A stretch of 64,000 nt of DNA from Eledone cirrhosa (Eukaryota): assembly GCA_964016885.1 (NCBI GenBank), contig OZ024742.1, forward strand, positions 19,716,001 through 19,780,000, written 5' to 3'. A program made the translations under genes and the position numbers. Shown piece after piece: positions 44,686 to 59,639 of this stretch (positions are counted from its first letter, which is position 1; the number at the start of each line of letters is the position of its first letter). Under the pieces are notes generated by a model. The model was given only the letters and a program-made list of their open reading frames with translations, was not told the DNA's origin and made no database searches.

Positions 44686-44887
44686 CCTCATTTTCTCATT
44701 ACTTAATTTTGTTTTTAACTTTCTTTTTCATATTTATGTAATCATCAATGGTTTTAAGCCAACTTTGTGAGTGAAACCCATGTATTGAGAATAAACATTT
44801 GTACAACTAGACTTTTATTTAATCAGATGTTTGTGTAATGTTACATCTTTCGGAATACATAATGTGGTGCGGTAAATAAATATATAC

Positions 44888-46125
44888 ATCTACACCAGGT
44901 CCAAACACAAAGGAACCAATCTCCCACTGTCACTGCCTCCGTCTCTCCGGTTCACTCCATCTCTCATATACACCAGGTCCAAACACAAAGGAACCAAACT
45001 CCCACTGTCACTGCCTCCGTCTCTCCTACTCTCCCCATCTCTCATCTACACCAGGTCCAAACACAAAGGAACCAATCTCCCACTGTCACTGCCTCCGTCT
45101 CTCCGGTTCACTCCATCTCTCATATACACCAGGTCCAAACACAAAGGAACCAAACTCCCACTGTCACTGCCTCCGTCTCTCCTACTCTCCCCATCTCTCA
45201 TCTACACCAGGTCCAAACACAAAGGAACCAAACTCCCACTGTCACTGCCTCCGTCTCTCCTACTCTCCCCACCTCTCATCTACACCAGGTCCAAACACAA
45301 AGGAACCAAACTCCCACTGTCACTGCCTCCGTCTCTCCTACTCTCCCCACCTCTCATCTACACCAGGTCCAAACACAAAGGAACCAAACTCCCACTGTCA
45401 CTGCCTCCATCTCTCCTACTCTCCCCACCTCTCATCTACACCAGGTCCAAACACAAAGGAACCAAACTCCCACTGTCACTGCCTCCGTCTCTCCTACTCT
45501 CCCCACCTCTCATCTACACCAGGTCCAAACACAAAGGAACCAAACTCCCACTGTCACTGCCTCCATCTCTCCTACTCTCCCCACCTCTCATCTACACCAG
45601 GTCCAAACACAAAGGAACCAAACTCCCACTGTCACTGCCTCCATCTCTCCTACTCTCCCCACCTCTCATCTACACCAGGTCCTAACACAAAGGAACCAAA
45701 CTCCCACTGTCACTGCCTCCGTCTCTCCTACTCTCCCCACCTCTCATCTACACCAGGTCCTAACACAAAGGAACCAAACTCCCACTGTCACTGCCTCCGT
45801 CTCTCCTACTCTCCCCACCTCTCATCTACACCAGGTCCTAACACAAAGGAACCAAACTCCCACTGTCACTGCCTCCGTCTCTCCTACTCTCCCCACCTCT
45901 CATCTACACCAGGTCCTAACACAAAGGAACCAAACTCCCACTGTCACTGCCTCCATCTCTCCTACTCTCCCCACCTCTCATCTACACCAGGTCCTAACAC
46001 AAAGGAACCAAACTCCCACTGTCACTGCCTCCGTCTCTCCTACTCTCCCCACCTCTCATCTACACCAGGTCCAAACACAAAGGAACCAAATTCCCACTGC
46101 CACTGTCTCCGTCTCTTCTGCCCTC
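44888..46125. repeat. 78-bp satellite, ~16 copies
   Basis: Unit starts tacaccaggtccaaacacaaaggaacc. Period is 78 (44891 to 44969; 45281 to 45359). Confidence 0.97.
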
Positions 46126-47064
46126 TCCATCTATTATAAGTAAATGTGGGCCCACGCGCTGGCCACCCCGTGGTCCCGGCGGACAGAATAGAGAAGGCGT
46201 TTCCCCGGAGTATGTTGAGGGAGACGCGTTAGAAGATCCATTCCAGCTCGCGAGGCTCACTCTTGCGGGTAATCAACTCCGTGTCTATGGTGGTGAGTAG
46301 GGGGGTGGTCCTAGGGCCAGGGACACTGCTATGGGCTCTAATGATGTATTTCAACAATTAAAACAACATTTAGGCTAATGTAAAAATAACCCCCTCCCCT
46401 GTTCAGGGAAAAAAAATTTTGTGTGTTTTATTCCAATGTTTTTCCGTATTTTCAACAAATATGATCTCCAAATCAGTCGGAAACAACTGTTTTCTTTAGG
46501 AAACGGGGGCTGGGGAGCATGGAGGACTCTTGGAGTTTTCTTCGGTGGGATTTTGTTTTTGTTTTTTTGGGGGGGGGGGGGGGATGGGGTTCCCTAAGCA
46601 AAATGCTTATATCCAAACTGCTTACATTCTTGTAGGCAGTCGAGGAATCCCTATAAATGATCGAACCAAGTTTAATGTATTTTGGAATGAGAGGAACAAG
46701 TTACCAGCGAACAGGGCAATGTGCGTGTGGTTCTGCAAATTTACCTAGTTGTATCTCTAATTCAAAAGATCAGTCTTATCATACACTTTGTCCCACTGAA
46801 TCTCCCTGAGAATTATGTTGTGGATGTACGTGTATCAGTGTGTGGAATGCTCAGCCACTTCCACTCTAATTTCATGAACTGGTTGCTCCGATGATCGAAC
46901 AACTGGAAGACGCATCGTCGAGAACGATGAAAATCCATTTATATAATTAAAAGTATTGATAATGTGAAAATTATCTAATATTTCTATGAGTCATCTACAC
47001 AGAAGGAATAACATATATTTCATTTCCATAGAGAATACATTGCCTGTATTTACTAATTAATTAC

Positions 47065-47400
47065 TTAGACTTAGAAGATCTCACGTCTTGAGACACATGA
47101 GGCAGCCAAAGTGCTCCAATGACCACGGTCACTTACATCTATCAATACATTGTTTCAACTTTTGTTGATGGGTTTCAGGTCTCTGTCGATTGTCTGCCGT
47201 CAGTTCATCTTGAGACGTCCTCTTCACTTCATTTCATGAGAGGAGGGTGCCATTAGCATGTCTCTCACTTTGGAGGGTATGTGTCCATAAGCTACAGCTT
47301 GTTTAGCTTATAGGTAAGTCCAACAGTGTGTCACACCTGATGGCATGGCTTACCACTGTATGTATCAGCCATATGATGGCAGGTTATAGTTCACCTTAAG
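47065..47400 (-). mobile_element. Degenerate RTE 3' fragment
   Basis: RGRLKMN*RQTIDRDL...SDRGHWSTLAASC followed by a ctaagtctaagt tail. Confidence 0.6.
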
Positions 47401-47779
47401 CTAGGTATCATGAGTTGATATAGGTATAATGGTGTGATGTCAGGTCAATTGTAAATGATCTGCTATCGGTAATTATGTAAACCAGAATTACTAATTACTT
47501 GGCTTTTGATCAGGTATTTGGTGACTAAACATGAAAGGTCTCATCCTAGTGGCTAGAGGGTGGATGGACACTTTGACTGGACAAAAAACTATATCCGTCT
47601 CCAAGGATACGTGAATTCTATCAGAAGACAGCGGTCATCTGTAAATCTTACAAATAAAGCGTGAAATCCAATAAGACTTTTTGTCTACCATTGGTGACTC
47701 TTTTAGTAATCTTGTATCTGGTTCTTCCCCTTAGACGTCTTCACATTATTCTGACGCAGGGAGACCAATTTAGTGGCAA

Positions 47780-49838
47780 ACAGACTCCACCCAGTTTCAA
47801 CAGACACCACCCCGCTAGTTACACAGACTCCACTCCGCTAATTACAACAGACGCCACCCCGCTAGTTACACAGATTCCACACCGCTAATTACAACAGGCA
47901 CCAGCCCGCTAGTTACACAGACTCCACCTCGCTAATTACAACAGACACCAGCCCGCTAGTTACACAGACTCCACCCCGCTAATTACAACAGATACCACAC
48001 CGCTAATTACAACAGACACCACCCCGCTAGTTACACAGACTCCACCCCGCTAGTTACACAGACTCCACCCCGCTAAGTACAACAGACGCCACCTCGCTAG
48101 TTACACAGATTCCACACCGCTAATTACAACAGACACCAGCCCGCTAGTTACACAGACTCCACCTCGCTAATTACAACAGATACCACACCGCTAATTACAA
48201 CAGACACCACCCCGCTAGTTACACAGACTCCACCTCGCTAATTACAACAGACTCCACCCCGCTAGTTACACAGACTCCACACCGCTAATTACAACATACA
48301 CCAGCCCGCTAGTTACACAGACTCCACCCCGCTAATTACAACAGACTCCACCCCGCTAGTTACACAGACTCCACCCCGCTAATTACAACAGACTCCACCC
48401 CGCTAGTTACAACAGACACCAGCCCGCTAGTTACACAGACTCCACACCGCTAATTACAACAGACACCAGCCCGCTAGTTACACAGACTCCACACCGCTAA
48501 TTACAACAGACACCAGCCCGCTAGTTACACAGACTCCACACCGCTAATTACAACAGACTCCACCCCGCTAGTTACACAAACTCCACCCCGCTAATTACAA
48601 CAGACTCCACCCTGCTAGTTACACAGACTCCACCCCGCTAATTACAACAGACTCCACCCCGCTAGTTACACAGACTCCACACCGCTAATTACAACAGACA
48701 CCACCCCGCTAGTTACACAGACTCCACACCGCTAATTACAACAGACACCACCCCGCTAGTTACACAGACTCCACACCGCTAATTACAACAGATACCACAC
48801 CGCTAATTACAACAGACACCACCCCGCTAGTTACACAGACTCCACCCCGCTAATTACAACAGACTCCACCCCGCTAGTTACACAGACTCCACCCCGCTAA
48901 TTACAACAGACTCCACCCCGCTAATTACAACAGACTCCACCCCGCTAATTACAACAGACTCCACCCCGCTAATTACAACAGACTCCACCCCGCTAGTTAC
49001 ATAGATTCGACCCCGTTAATTGCAACTGACTCCACCCCGCTAGTTACAAAGACTCCACCCCGCTAATTACAACAGACTCCACCCCGCTAATTACAACAGA
49101 CTCCACCCCGCTAGTTACACAGACTCTACCCCGCTAATTACAACAGACTCCACCCCGCTAGTTACACAGACTCCACCCCGCTAATTACAACAGACTCCAC
49201 CCCGCTAGTTACATAGATTCGACCCCGTTAATTGCAACTGACTCCACCCCGCTAGTTACAAAGACTCCACCCCGCTAATTACAACAGACTCCACCCCGCT
49301 AATTACAACAGACTCCACCCCGCTAATTACAACAGACTCCACCCCGCTAATTACACAGACTCTACCCCGCTAATTACAACAGACTCTACCCCGCTAATTA
49401 CAACAGACTCCACCCCGCTAGTTACACAGACTCCACCCCGCTAATTACAACAGACTCCACCCCGCTAATTACAACAGACTCCACCCCGCTAATTACAACA
49501 GACTCCACCGCGCTAGTTACACAGACTCCACCCCGCTAATTACACAGACTCCACCCCGCTAATTACACAGACTCCACCCCGCTAGTTACACAGACTCTAC
49601 CCCGCTAATTACAACTGACTCCACCCCGCTAGTTACATAGATTCGACCCCGTTAATTACAACAGACTCCACCCCGCTAGTTACACAGACTCCACCCCGCT
49701 AATTACACAGACTCTACCCCGCTAATTACAACAGACTCTACCCCGCTAATTACAACAGACTCCACCCCACTAGTTACACAGACTCCACCCCGCTATTTAC
49801 ACAGACTCCACCCCGCTAGTTACATAGATTCGACCCAC
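47780..49838. repeat. 23/24-bp minisatellite (cagactccaccccgctagttaca / cagactccaccccgctaattacaa)
   Basis: About 2 kb of tandem alternating variants. Confidence 0.97.
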
Positions 49839-50157
49839 ATAATCTTGTTGTTGGCTGAGAAAAATGCCAGAGATGTGAAGAATCTCACAGCTTATTGTCA
49901 ATGTCGACCGAATTCTATAGATTTAGGGTAGATTGAGGGAATCTCTATTTATCTCTCCAACTCCCTTCTTCCCTCTGACCCACAACTGATTCCTTCTCTC
50001 ACACACACACACACACTGTCTCTATCTATCTATCTATCTGTCTGTCTGTCTGTCTGTCTATCTCCCTTTCTCTCTCCGCCGCACTAGAGCTTCCACACCC
50101 CTCTCTCTCTCCTCTCTCTCCTCTCTCTCTCCTCTCTCTCTCTCCTCTCTCTCTCTC

Positions 50158-50205
<48 letters not shown>

Positions 50206-50869
50206 CTCTCCTTCCCTCTCTCTCTCTCTCTCTCCTTCCCTCTCTCACCCCACTACAGCCCCCTCCCCCTCTTTCCACTCCAGCTTCCCTCTCACCTCCT
50301 CTCACCCACTTTCATCCCTGCCCCTTATTCCATTGACAGACCTTGTTTGATAACTCAAGTCATCAAATAAAATTTGTCGGTTTAAAAAAAAAATTTGTCC
50401 GACAAAGAAAAATTACATTCAAATTTTAAAACTGATAAAATAAAATTAAAACAAAATTAAAATAAAATAAAAATAAAATTAAAACAAAATTAAAATAAAA
50501 TAAAAATAAAATTAAATAAAATTAACATGAAAATGAAACGTTTTAAAAATATTAAAATAACTTATAAATAAAAATGAAAATAAAACTATAAATAAGGATT
50601 GGGTGGGTTTGGAAATACTTCAAAGGGAAAATCGGCTGAGCAAAACGAGGAAATATAAAGGAATTTGTAATCAGTTCTTCCCATTTTGGGGGGGAAATCT
50701 AATTTCGAATGCTGAGTGTGCAAATGTAGAAATGAGATACTATAGAATAGAGTTGATTGTTGAATAGAAAAAATAAAATGATTGAAAGTAGTTGGCTTTT
50801 AAATAATAATAAAAGATTTAAATTCTTTTTTTTACTTTTGGCACAAGACCAGCAATGCGAGTATGGTAT

Positions 50870-52772
50870 AGTATGGTATGGTATGGTATACTATGGTATA
50901 GTATGGCATGGTATGGTGTGGTATAGTAGGGTATACTATGGTATGGTATGGTATGGTATAGTATGGTATAGTATGGTATGGTATGGTATGGTATGGTATG
51001 GTATGGTACGGTATGGTATGGTATAGTATTATGTGGTATAGTATGGTATAATTATGGTATGGTATGGTATGGTATAGTATGGTGTAGTATAGTATGGTAT
51101 GGTATGGTATGGTATAGTACGATATGGTGTGGTATAGTATGGTGTGGTGTGGTATAGTACGGTATGATGTGGTATAGTACGGCATGGTGTGGTATAGTAC
51201 GGTATGGTGTGGTATAGTACGGTATGGTGTGGTATAGTACGGTATGGTGTGGTATAGTACGGTATAGTGTGGTATAGTACGGTATGGTATGGTATAGTAC
51301 GGTATGCTATAGTACGATATGGTGTGGTATAGTACGGTATGGTATGGTATAGTACGGTATGGTATGGTATAGTACGGTATGGTGTGGTATAGTACGGTAT
51401 AGTATAGTATGACATGGTATAGTATGGTATGGCATGGTATAGTATGGTATGGTATGGTATAGTGTAGTATGGTATGGTATAGTATTATATGGTATAATAT
51501 GGTATGGTGTGGTATAGTATGGTATAGTACGGTATGGTGTGGTATAGTACGGTATGGTATAGTATGGTATGATATAGTACGGTATGGTATGGCATAGTAC
51601 GGTATGGTGTGGTATAGTACGGTATGGTGTGGTATAGTATGGTACGTTATGTTATAGTACGGTATGGTATGGCATAGTGCGATATGGCGTGGTATAGTAC
51701 GATATGGTATAGTATAGTACGGTATGGTATGGCATAGTACGGTATGGTGTGGTATAGTACGGTATGATGTGGTATAGTACGGTATGGTGTGGTATAGTAC
51801 GTTATGGTGTGGTATAGTACGGTATGATGTGGTATAGTACGGTACGGTGTGGTATAGTACGGTATGGTGTGGTATAGTACGGTATGGTGTGGTATAGTAC
51901 GGTATGGTATGGTATAGTACGGTATGATGTGGTATAGTACGGTATGGTGTGATATAGTACGGTATGATGTGGTATAATACGGTATGGCATGGTATAGTAC
52001 GGTATGGTGTGGTATAGTACGGTATGGTGTGGTATAGTACGGTATGGTGTGGTATAGTACGGTATGATGTGGTATAGTACGGTATGGTGTGATATAGTAC
52101 GGTATGATGTGGTATAGTACGGTATGATGTGGTATAATACGGTATGGCATGGTATAGTACGGTATGGTGTGGTATAGTACGGTATGATGTGGTATAGTAC
52201 GGTATGGTGTGGTATAGTACGGTATGGTCTGGTATAGTACGGTATGATGTGGTATAGTACGGTATGATGTGGTATAGTACGGTATGATGTGGTATAATAC
52301 GGTATGGTATGGTATAGTACGGTATGGTCTGGTATAGTACGGTATGATGTGGTATAGTACGGTATGGTATGGTATAGTACGGTATGATGTGGCATAGTAC
52401 GGTATGGTGTGGTATAGTACGGTATGATGTGGTATAGTACGGTATGGTGTGGTATAGTACGTTATGGTGTGGTATAGTACGGTATGATGTGGTATAGTAC
52501 GGTACGGTGTGGTATAGTACGGTATGGTGTGGTATAGTACGGTATGGTATGATATAGTACGGTATGATATAGTACGGTATGGTATCGTACAGTACGGTAT
52601 GGTGTGGTATAGTACAGTATGGTATGGTATAGTACGGTATGATATAGTACGGTATGGTATCGTACAGTACGGTATGGTGTGGTATAGTATGGTATGGTGT
52701 GGTATAGTACGGTATGGTATAGTACGGTATGGTATAGTATGGTATGGTATAGTACGGTATGGTATGGTATAG
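50870..52772. repeat. (GGTAT)n-derived satellite with a 20-bp higher-order unit ggtatggtgtggtatagtac
   Basis: Tandem array; inverted counterpart at 55773-57017. Confidence 0.97.
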
Positions 52773-53115
52773 TCCCGTAACTCCTGGAGTCGTAGGGACA
52801 CCGTAGTGGCATACGGCGTCTTCTAAGGCATTTAAAAGCCAGCAGAGCCCATCTGCTCTCTGCGTCTGAATACAGCAGAATTATTCCAGAGAAGGATAGA
52901 GAGAGAAGTGAGAAAGAGATATTGAGGAAGAATCGACCCCAGTATTTCACTGGTACTTTTTTTATCGAATTCGTATGGATTAAAGGCAAAGTTTAGCCCC
53001 GTAATAACAATCGGCGTTTCTAGAGCATTTTTAAAGCTGGTCTGAACATTGCAGATTTCTTCCAGATAGATAGATAGATAGAGAGAGAGAGAAAGTGAGA
53101 GAGAGAGAGAGGAAG

Positions 53116-53177
<62 letters not shown>

Positions 53178-53300
53178 TGTGTGTGTGTGTGGAGGTTAGA
53201 AATAAATATAGAGGAAGAATTGACCCCAGTACTAGAGTGGTACTTTTTTATCGACCTCGAAATAAGGAAATTCAGCAATGCATGTTGTCTGACGCTCTAC
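52773..53300 (-). mobile_element. Composite Meta-domain SINE segment with (ATACC)n-tailed 3' part; left arm of an inverted duplication
   Basis: Reverse complement of 55300-55775. Related 3' parts at 3980-4125, 15055-15260 (-), 35900-36010 and 37190-37365. Confidence 0.75.
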
Positions 53301-53399
53301 CGATTACTGCTAAAATAGGTAAAGAGAAAAAAGGGGGAGAAATAGAGGGAGGCTGAGAAAAAATTAAATAATAAAAAAAGGGGGAAGGGTGAAAACTTT

Positions 53400-53835
53400 A
53401 CACCCCTGGCTAGGCGTGTATCTAAGCTGCGCCCTGCAGACAAAACAGCGAAATCTTTGCCGCGTATACTAGCCAGAGGCACTCACTACATCAGCCATTC
53501 CACCTCACAGGACAACCTCTACACCCCTGAATGGAGGTATATCTCAGTTGTAACCCGTGAAGATAATGGTGAAATCATTGTCACGAAAAACAGCCAAGGA
53601 CACTCGATGCATCAGCCATTTCAACCTCACGGAGTTACTTCTTCAGGGCGGATGCACTCTTCCAAATTTCTGGGGAGAAAAACTAGAGTCTGGGGACCCG
53701 AGGACACCAGAGGTCTCAACAGCAACCAGCAGAAAGTGAAAACGGTCAGTCAGGTTTAGATATCTTAAGATTGAGTCCTACCAGAAGAACGATATAATGA
53801 GGGTGTTACAACTTTTGGGGGTATGTTACATTCCC
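53400..53835 (+). mobile_element. Possible degenerate Gypsy integrase tail with polypurine tract
   Basis: Fragments QDNLYTP, GEIIVTK and DTRCISHFN resemble Gypsy integrase C-terminal motifs. Followed by ggggg-ta-tgttaca. Weak. Confidence 0.3.
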
Positions 53836-53900
53836 TCATTTGTTCCTGTTTGATCTTGATTGTTTTGTGAGAGAAAGAGAAGAGCAGGAAAACACACACA

Positions 53901-53951
<51 letters not shown>

Positions 53952-54253
53952 GGAACGATCCACATGCACACGCGCCCACACACACACACACACGCAAAAA
54001 GAAAGATCCGCATACGCACGCACACACACAAGGAACGATCCACATACGCACACAGACACACACACACACACACACACAAGGAATGAGCCACATACGCATG
54101 CACACACGCACACACACACACAAGGAGTGTTCCTTCCACTCTCATACACATTTACAAGAAATGTTCCACACACACACAAGAAATATTCCGCACACACAAG
54201 ATAATGCTCCACACACACACACGTATATACACACACAAGTAACGTTACACATT

Positions 54254-54284
<31 letters not shown>

Positions 54285-55418
54285 AGAGATTAATTACTAC
54301 AAACACATAAAAAACATTCACTCAAAAAAATGTTTTCTATACACACATACACACTCATGTACACACACACACGCACACATACATCCACACACACATGTAC
54401 GCACTCACACAAGAAATGTTAAACACACAAACACACATGCATATACACACACGCAAGAAATGCTACACACATACACACACAGGAAATGCTACGCACACAC
54501 AGCAGAGATATGTTAGATTCTGTCTGCTACAACATATATTGACTGCTGATAACCATATAGGTTCGATTTTCGATATGGTTTATTTAAATTCTTTCCACAA
54601 CTGAAGACTCAACAGCGACAACAGATAGTTTACGATATTACAATTATTCAAAAATTTCTCTTTATTTAGGGTAAAAAAAAGCTTTTTTGAGGATTTTCTA
54701 GATTTTTTAGAATTACAATTTCTTACAACTTTTCCTACTTAATTTTCTCCTGTTACTTAATTTTGTTTTTTATATTTTAATTTTTCATAAAAATAAAACT
54801 TTTTTTTATATCCATTTAAAAAGAAAAAAAAAAGGATTTATTCAAAAATTTCTCAATCCTTTTAAATTATCAAATTGATTTCTTTTGACGAGACAGAAAA
54901 CTATTTATGCGGCTGCTGCTGAATCAGCCGAGTGCTTTGACCCTTTCGTTCTTTACCAGATTTCTAAAAAGCCTTGAAAAAAATTTGAATAAGCAAGAAT
55001 TTTGAGTAATTTATAGAAGAAATATTTTTGGCGGATTGAAAGTATCGGTAGAGCGTCAGACAAAATGCTTTGTTGTCTTTCAATGTTCTGAGTTCAAATC
55101 CTGCCGAGTTCAATTTTACCTTTCATCTTTCTGATGTCGATAAAATAAAGTATTGGGGTCGGTACATTTTCCCTTCCCCACCCACCCTAGATTACTTGTC
55201 TCCTTCTTCCTAAAGTAGAACCCTTATTAATCTGCTATTTGGAACCCAATTTAATAAAGTTTCTTCGATAGAACGTTGGATAGAAATGCAGTGCAGTATC
55301 CGACTCTCTGTTCTCTGAGTTCTAATCCTACTGAAGTCAACTTTGCCTTTCCTTATTTCGAGGTCGATAAAAAAGTACCAGTCAAGTACTGGGTCAATTC
55401 TTCCTCTATATCTATTTC

Positions 55419-55484
<66 letters not shown>

Positions 55485-55772
55485 AAGAAATCTGCAATGT
55501 TCAGACCAGCTTTAAAAATGCTCTAGGAACGCCGATTGTTATTACGGGGCTAAACTTTGCCTTTAATCCATACGAATTCGATAAAAAAAGTACCAGTGAA
55601 ATACTGGGGTCGATTCTTCCTCAATATCTCTTTCTCACTTCTCTCTCTATCCTTCTCTGGAATAATTCTGCTGTATTCAGACGCAGAGAGCAGATGGGCT
55701 CTGCTGGCTTTTAAATGCCTTAGAAGACGCCGTATGCCACTACGGTGTCCCTACGACTCCAGGAGTTACGGG

Positions 55773-57017
55773 ACTATACCATACCATACCGTACTATACC
55801 ATACCATACTATACCATACCGTACTATACCATACCGTACTATACCACACCATACCATACTATACCACACCATACCGTACTGTACGATACCATACCGTACT
55901 ATATCATACCGTACTATACCATACCATACTGTACTATACCACACCATACCGTACTGTACGATACCATACCGTACTGTACGATACCATACCGTACTATATC
56001 ATACCGTACTATATCATACCATACCGTACTATACCACACCATACCGTACTATACCACACCATACCGTACTATACCACACCATACCGTACTATGCCATACC
56101 ATACCGTACTATACCATACCATACCGTACTATACCACACCATACCGTACTATACCACACCATACCGTACTATATCATACCATACCGTACTATACCACACC
56201 ATACCGTACTATACCACACCATACCGTACTATACCACACCATACCGTACTATACCACACCATAGCGTACTATACCACATCATACCGTACTATACCACATC
56301 ATACCGTACTATACCACACCATACCGTACTATACCATACCATACCGTACTATACCACACCATAGCGTACTATACCACACCATAGCGTACTATACCACACC
56401 ATACCGTACTATACCACACCATACTATACCACACCATATCGTACTATACCATACCATACTGTACTATACCACACCATACCGTACTATACCACACCATACC
56501 GTACTATACCACACCATACCGTACTATAGCACATCATACCGTACTATACCATACCATACCGCACTATACGATACCATACCGTACTATACCACACCATACC
56601 GTACTATAACACACCATACCGTACTATAACACACCATACCGTACTATACCATACCATACATACCATACCATGCCATATCATACTATACCAGACCATACCA
56701 TACTATACCAGACCATACCATACCATATCATATTATACCAGATCATGCAATACCATACATACCATACCATACCATACTATACCATACCATACATACCATA
56801 CCATACCATACTATACCATACATACCATACATACCATACCATATCATATTATACCAGACCATACCATACCATACATACCATACCATACCGTATCATACTA
56901 TACCAGACCATACCATACCAAACCATACCATAATCATACCATACCAATCCGTACCATACCATACCATACCATACCATACCATACCATACCATACCATACC
57001 ATACCATACCATACCAT
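55773..57017. repeat. (ATACC)n-derived satellite, inverted copy of 50870-52772
   Basis: Same 20-bp unit on the opposite strand, with the same initial series of variants. Confidence 0.97.
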
Positions 57018-57524
57018 ACTCCACGTAGTGATATCGAACCCGAGATCGAATCGTTGCAAACCAGATTTCTTAACCACACTGCCATACATGTTTTTTGTGT
57101 CTATATACCGAATAAAAAAAATATTCTATCCAAAATCCGGAACTCATCAGGGTAGTTCTTACGCCAGTTTCCATGGCGTGAAGCGACTCAGAGTGCAAGA
57201 CACCAACCCCTGGACAGGATGCCAGACCATCGTAGGGATAAACCCACAACTATTTCTGGTAGTCATTTTCAGCTGTGTCAACTGGAGCAACGTAATTTGT
57301 AGTGTCTTTGCTCAGTCCAGGAATCAAACCCATTGGATTATGGTTGTAAGTCTTGCACCCTCGCCCTGGGGCTACCAGTCTCCCCTCATATACCAAAATA
57401 GCATTGTTTTTAATCTAAGTGTAATCTTTTCAAATATCTAAAACTGGGATAAAACGAACAGGATTAAAAGATTCCATAAATATAACTCCAAGAATAAATA
57501 AGTTTATTTTGAGAGAAGCTACCA

Positions 57525-59335
<1,811 letters not shown>

Positions 59336-59639
59336 GTATTTGTAAATATCCTTGTCTATATAATGGTTTCTGGTTTAGGTACAAGGCTATTTACAATAAA
59401 TACCAAACAAAATGGTGGCTCACATATTTAATTAGATGAGTTGAGAAAGTTTCAATCAAATGAAACTACCCAAGCATTTAGTAGAAATGATATCCCCTGG
59501 GGTGGGACTTCAACAAACATCACTACATTCGTTTATCTATCTGTCTATCTATCTACCTATCTATATATCTATCTGTATGACTATCTATCAATCTAATTAT
59601 CTATATATCTATCTATCTGTCTATCTATCTATCTATCAA

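Noticed and set aside
49820-49910. Possible minus-strand exon whose donor seeded the 23/24-bp satellite
   Set aside because: Short open frame with a weak acceptor and no in-phase partner exon; insufficient support.
51647-52801. 384-aa Y/H/T/I/P-rich ORF and its inverted twin at 55745-56629
   Set aside because: Translation of the pentamer-derived satellite.
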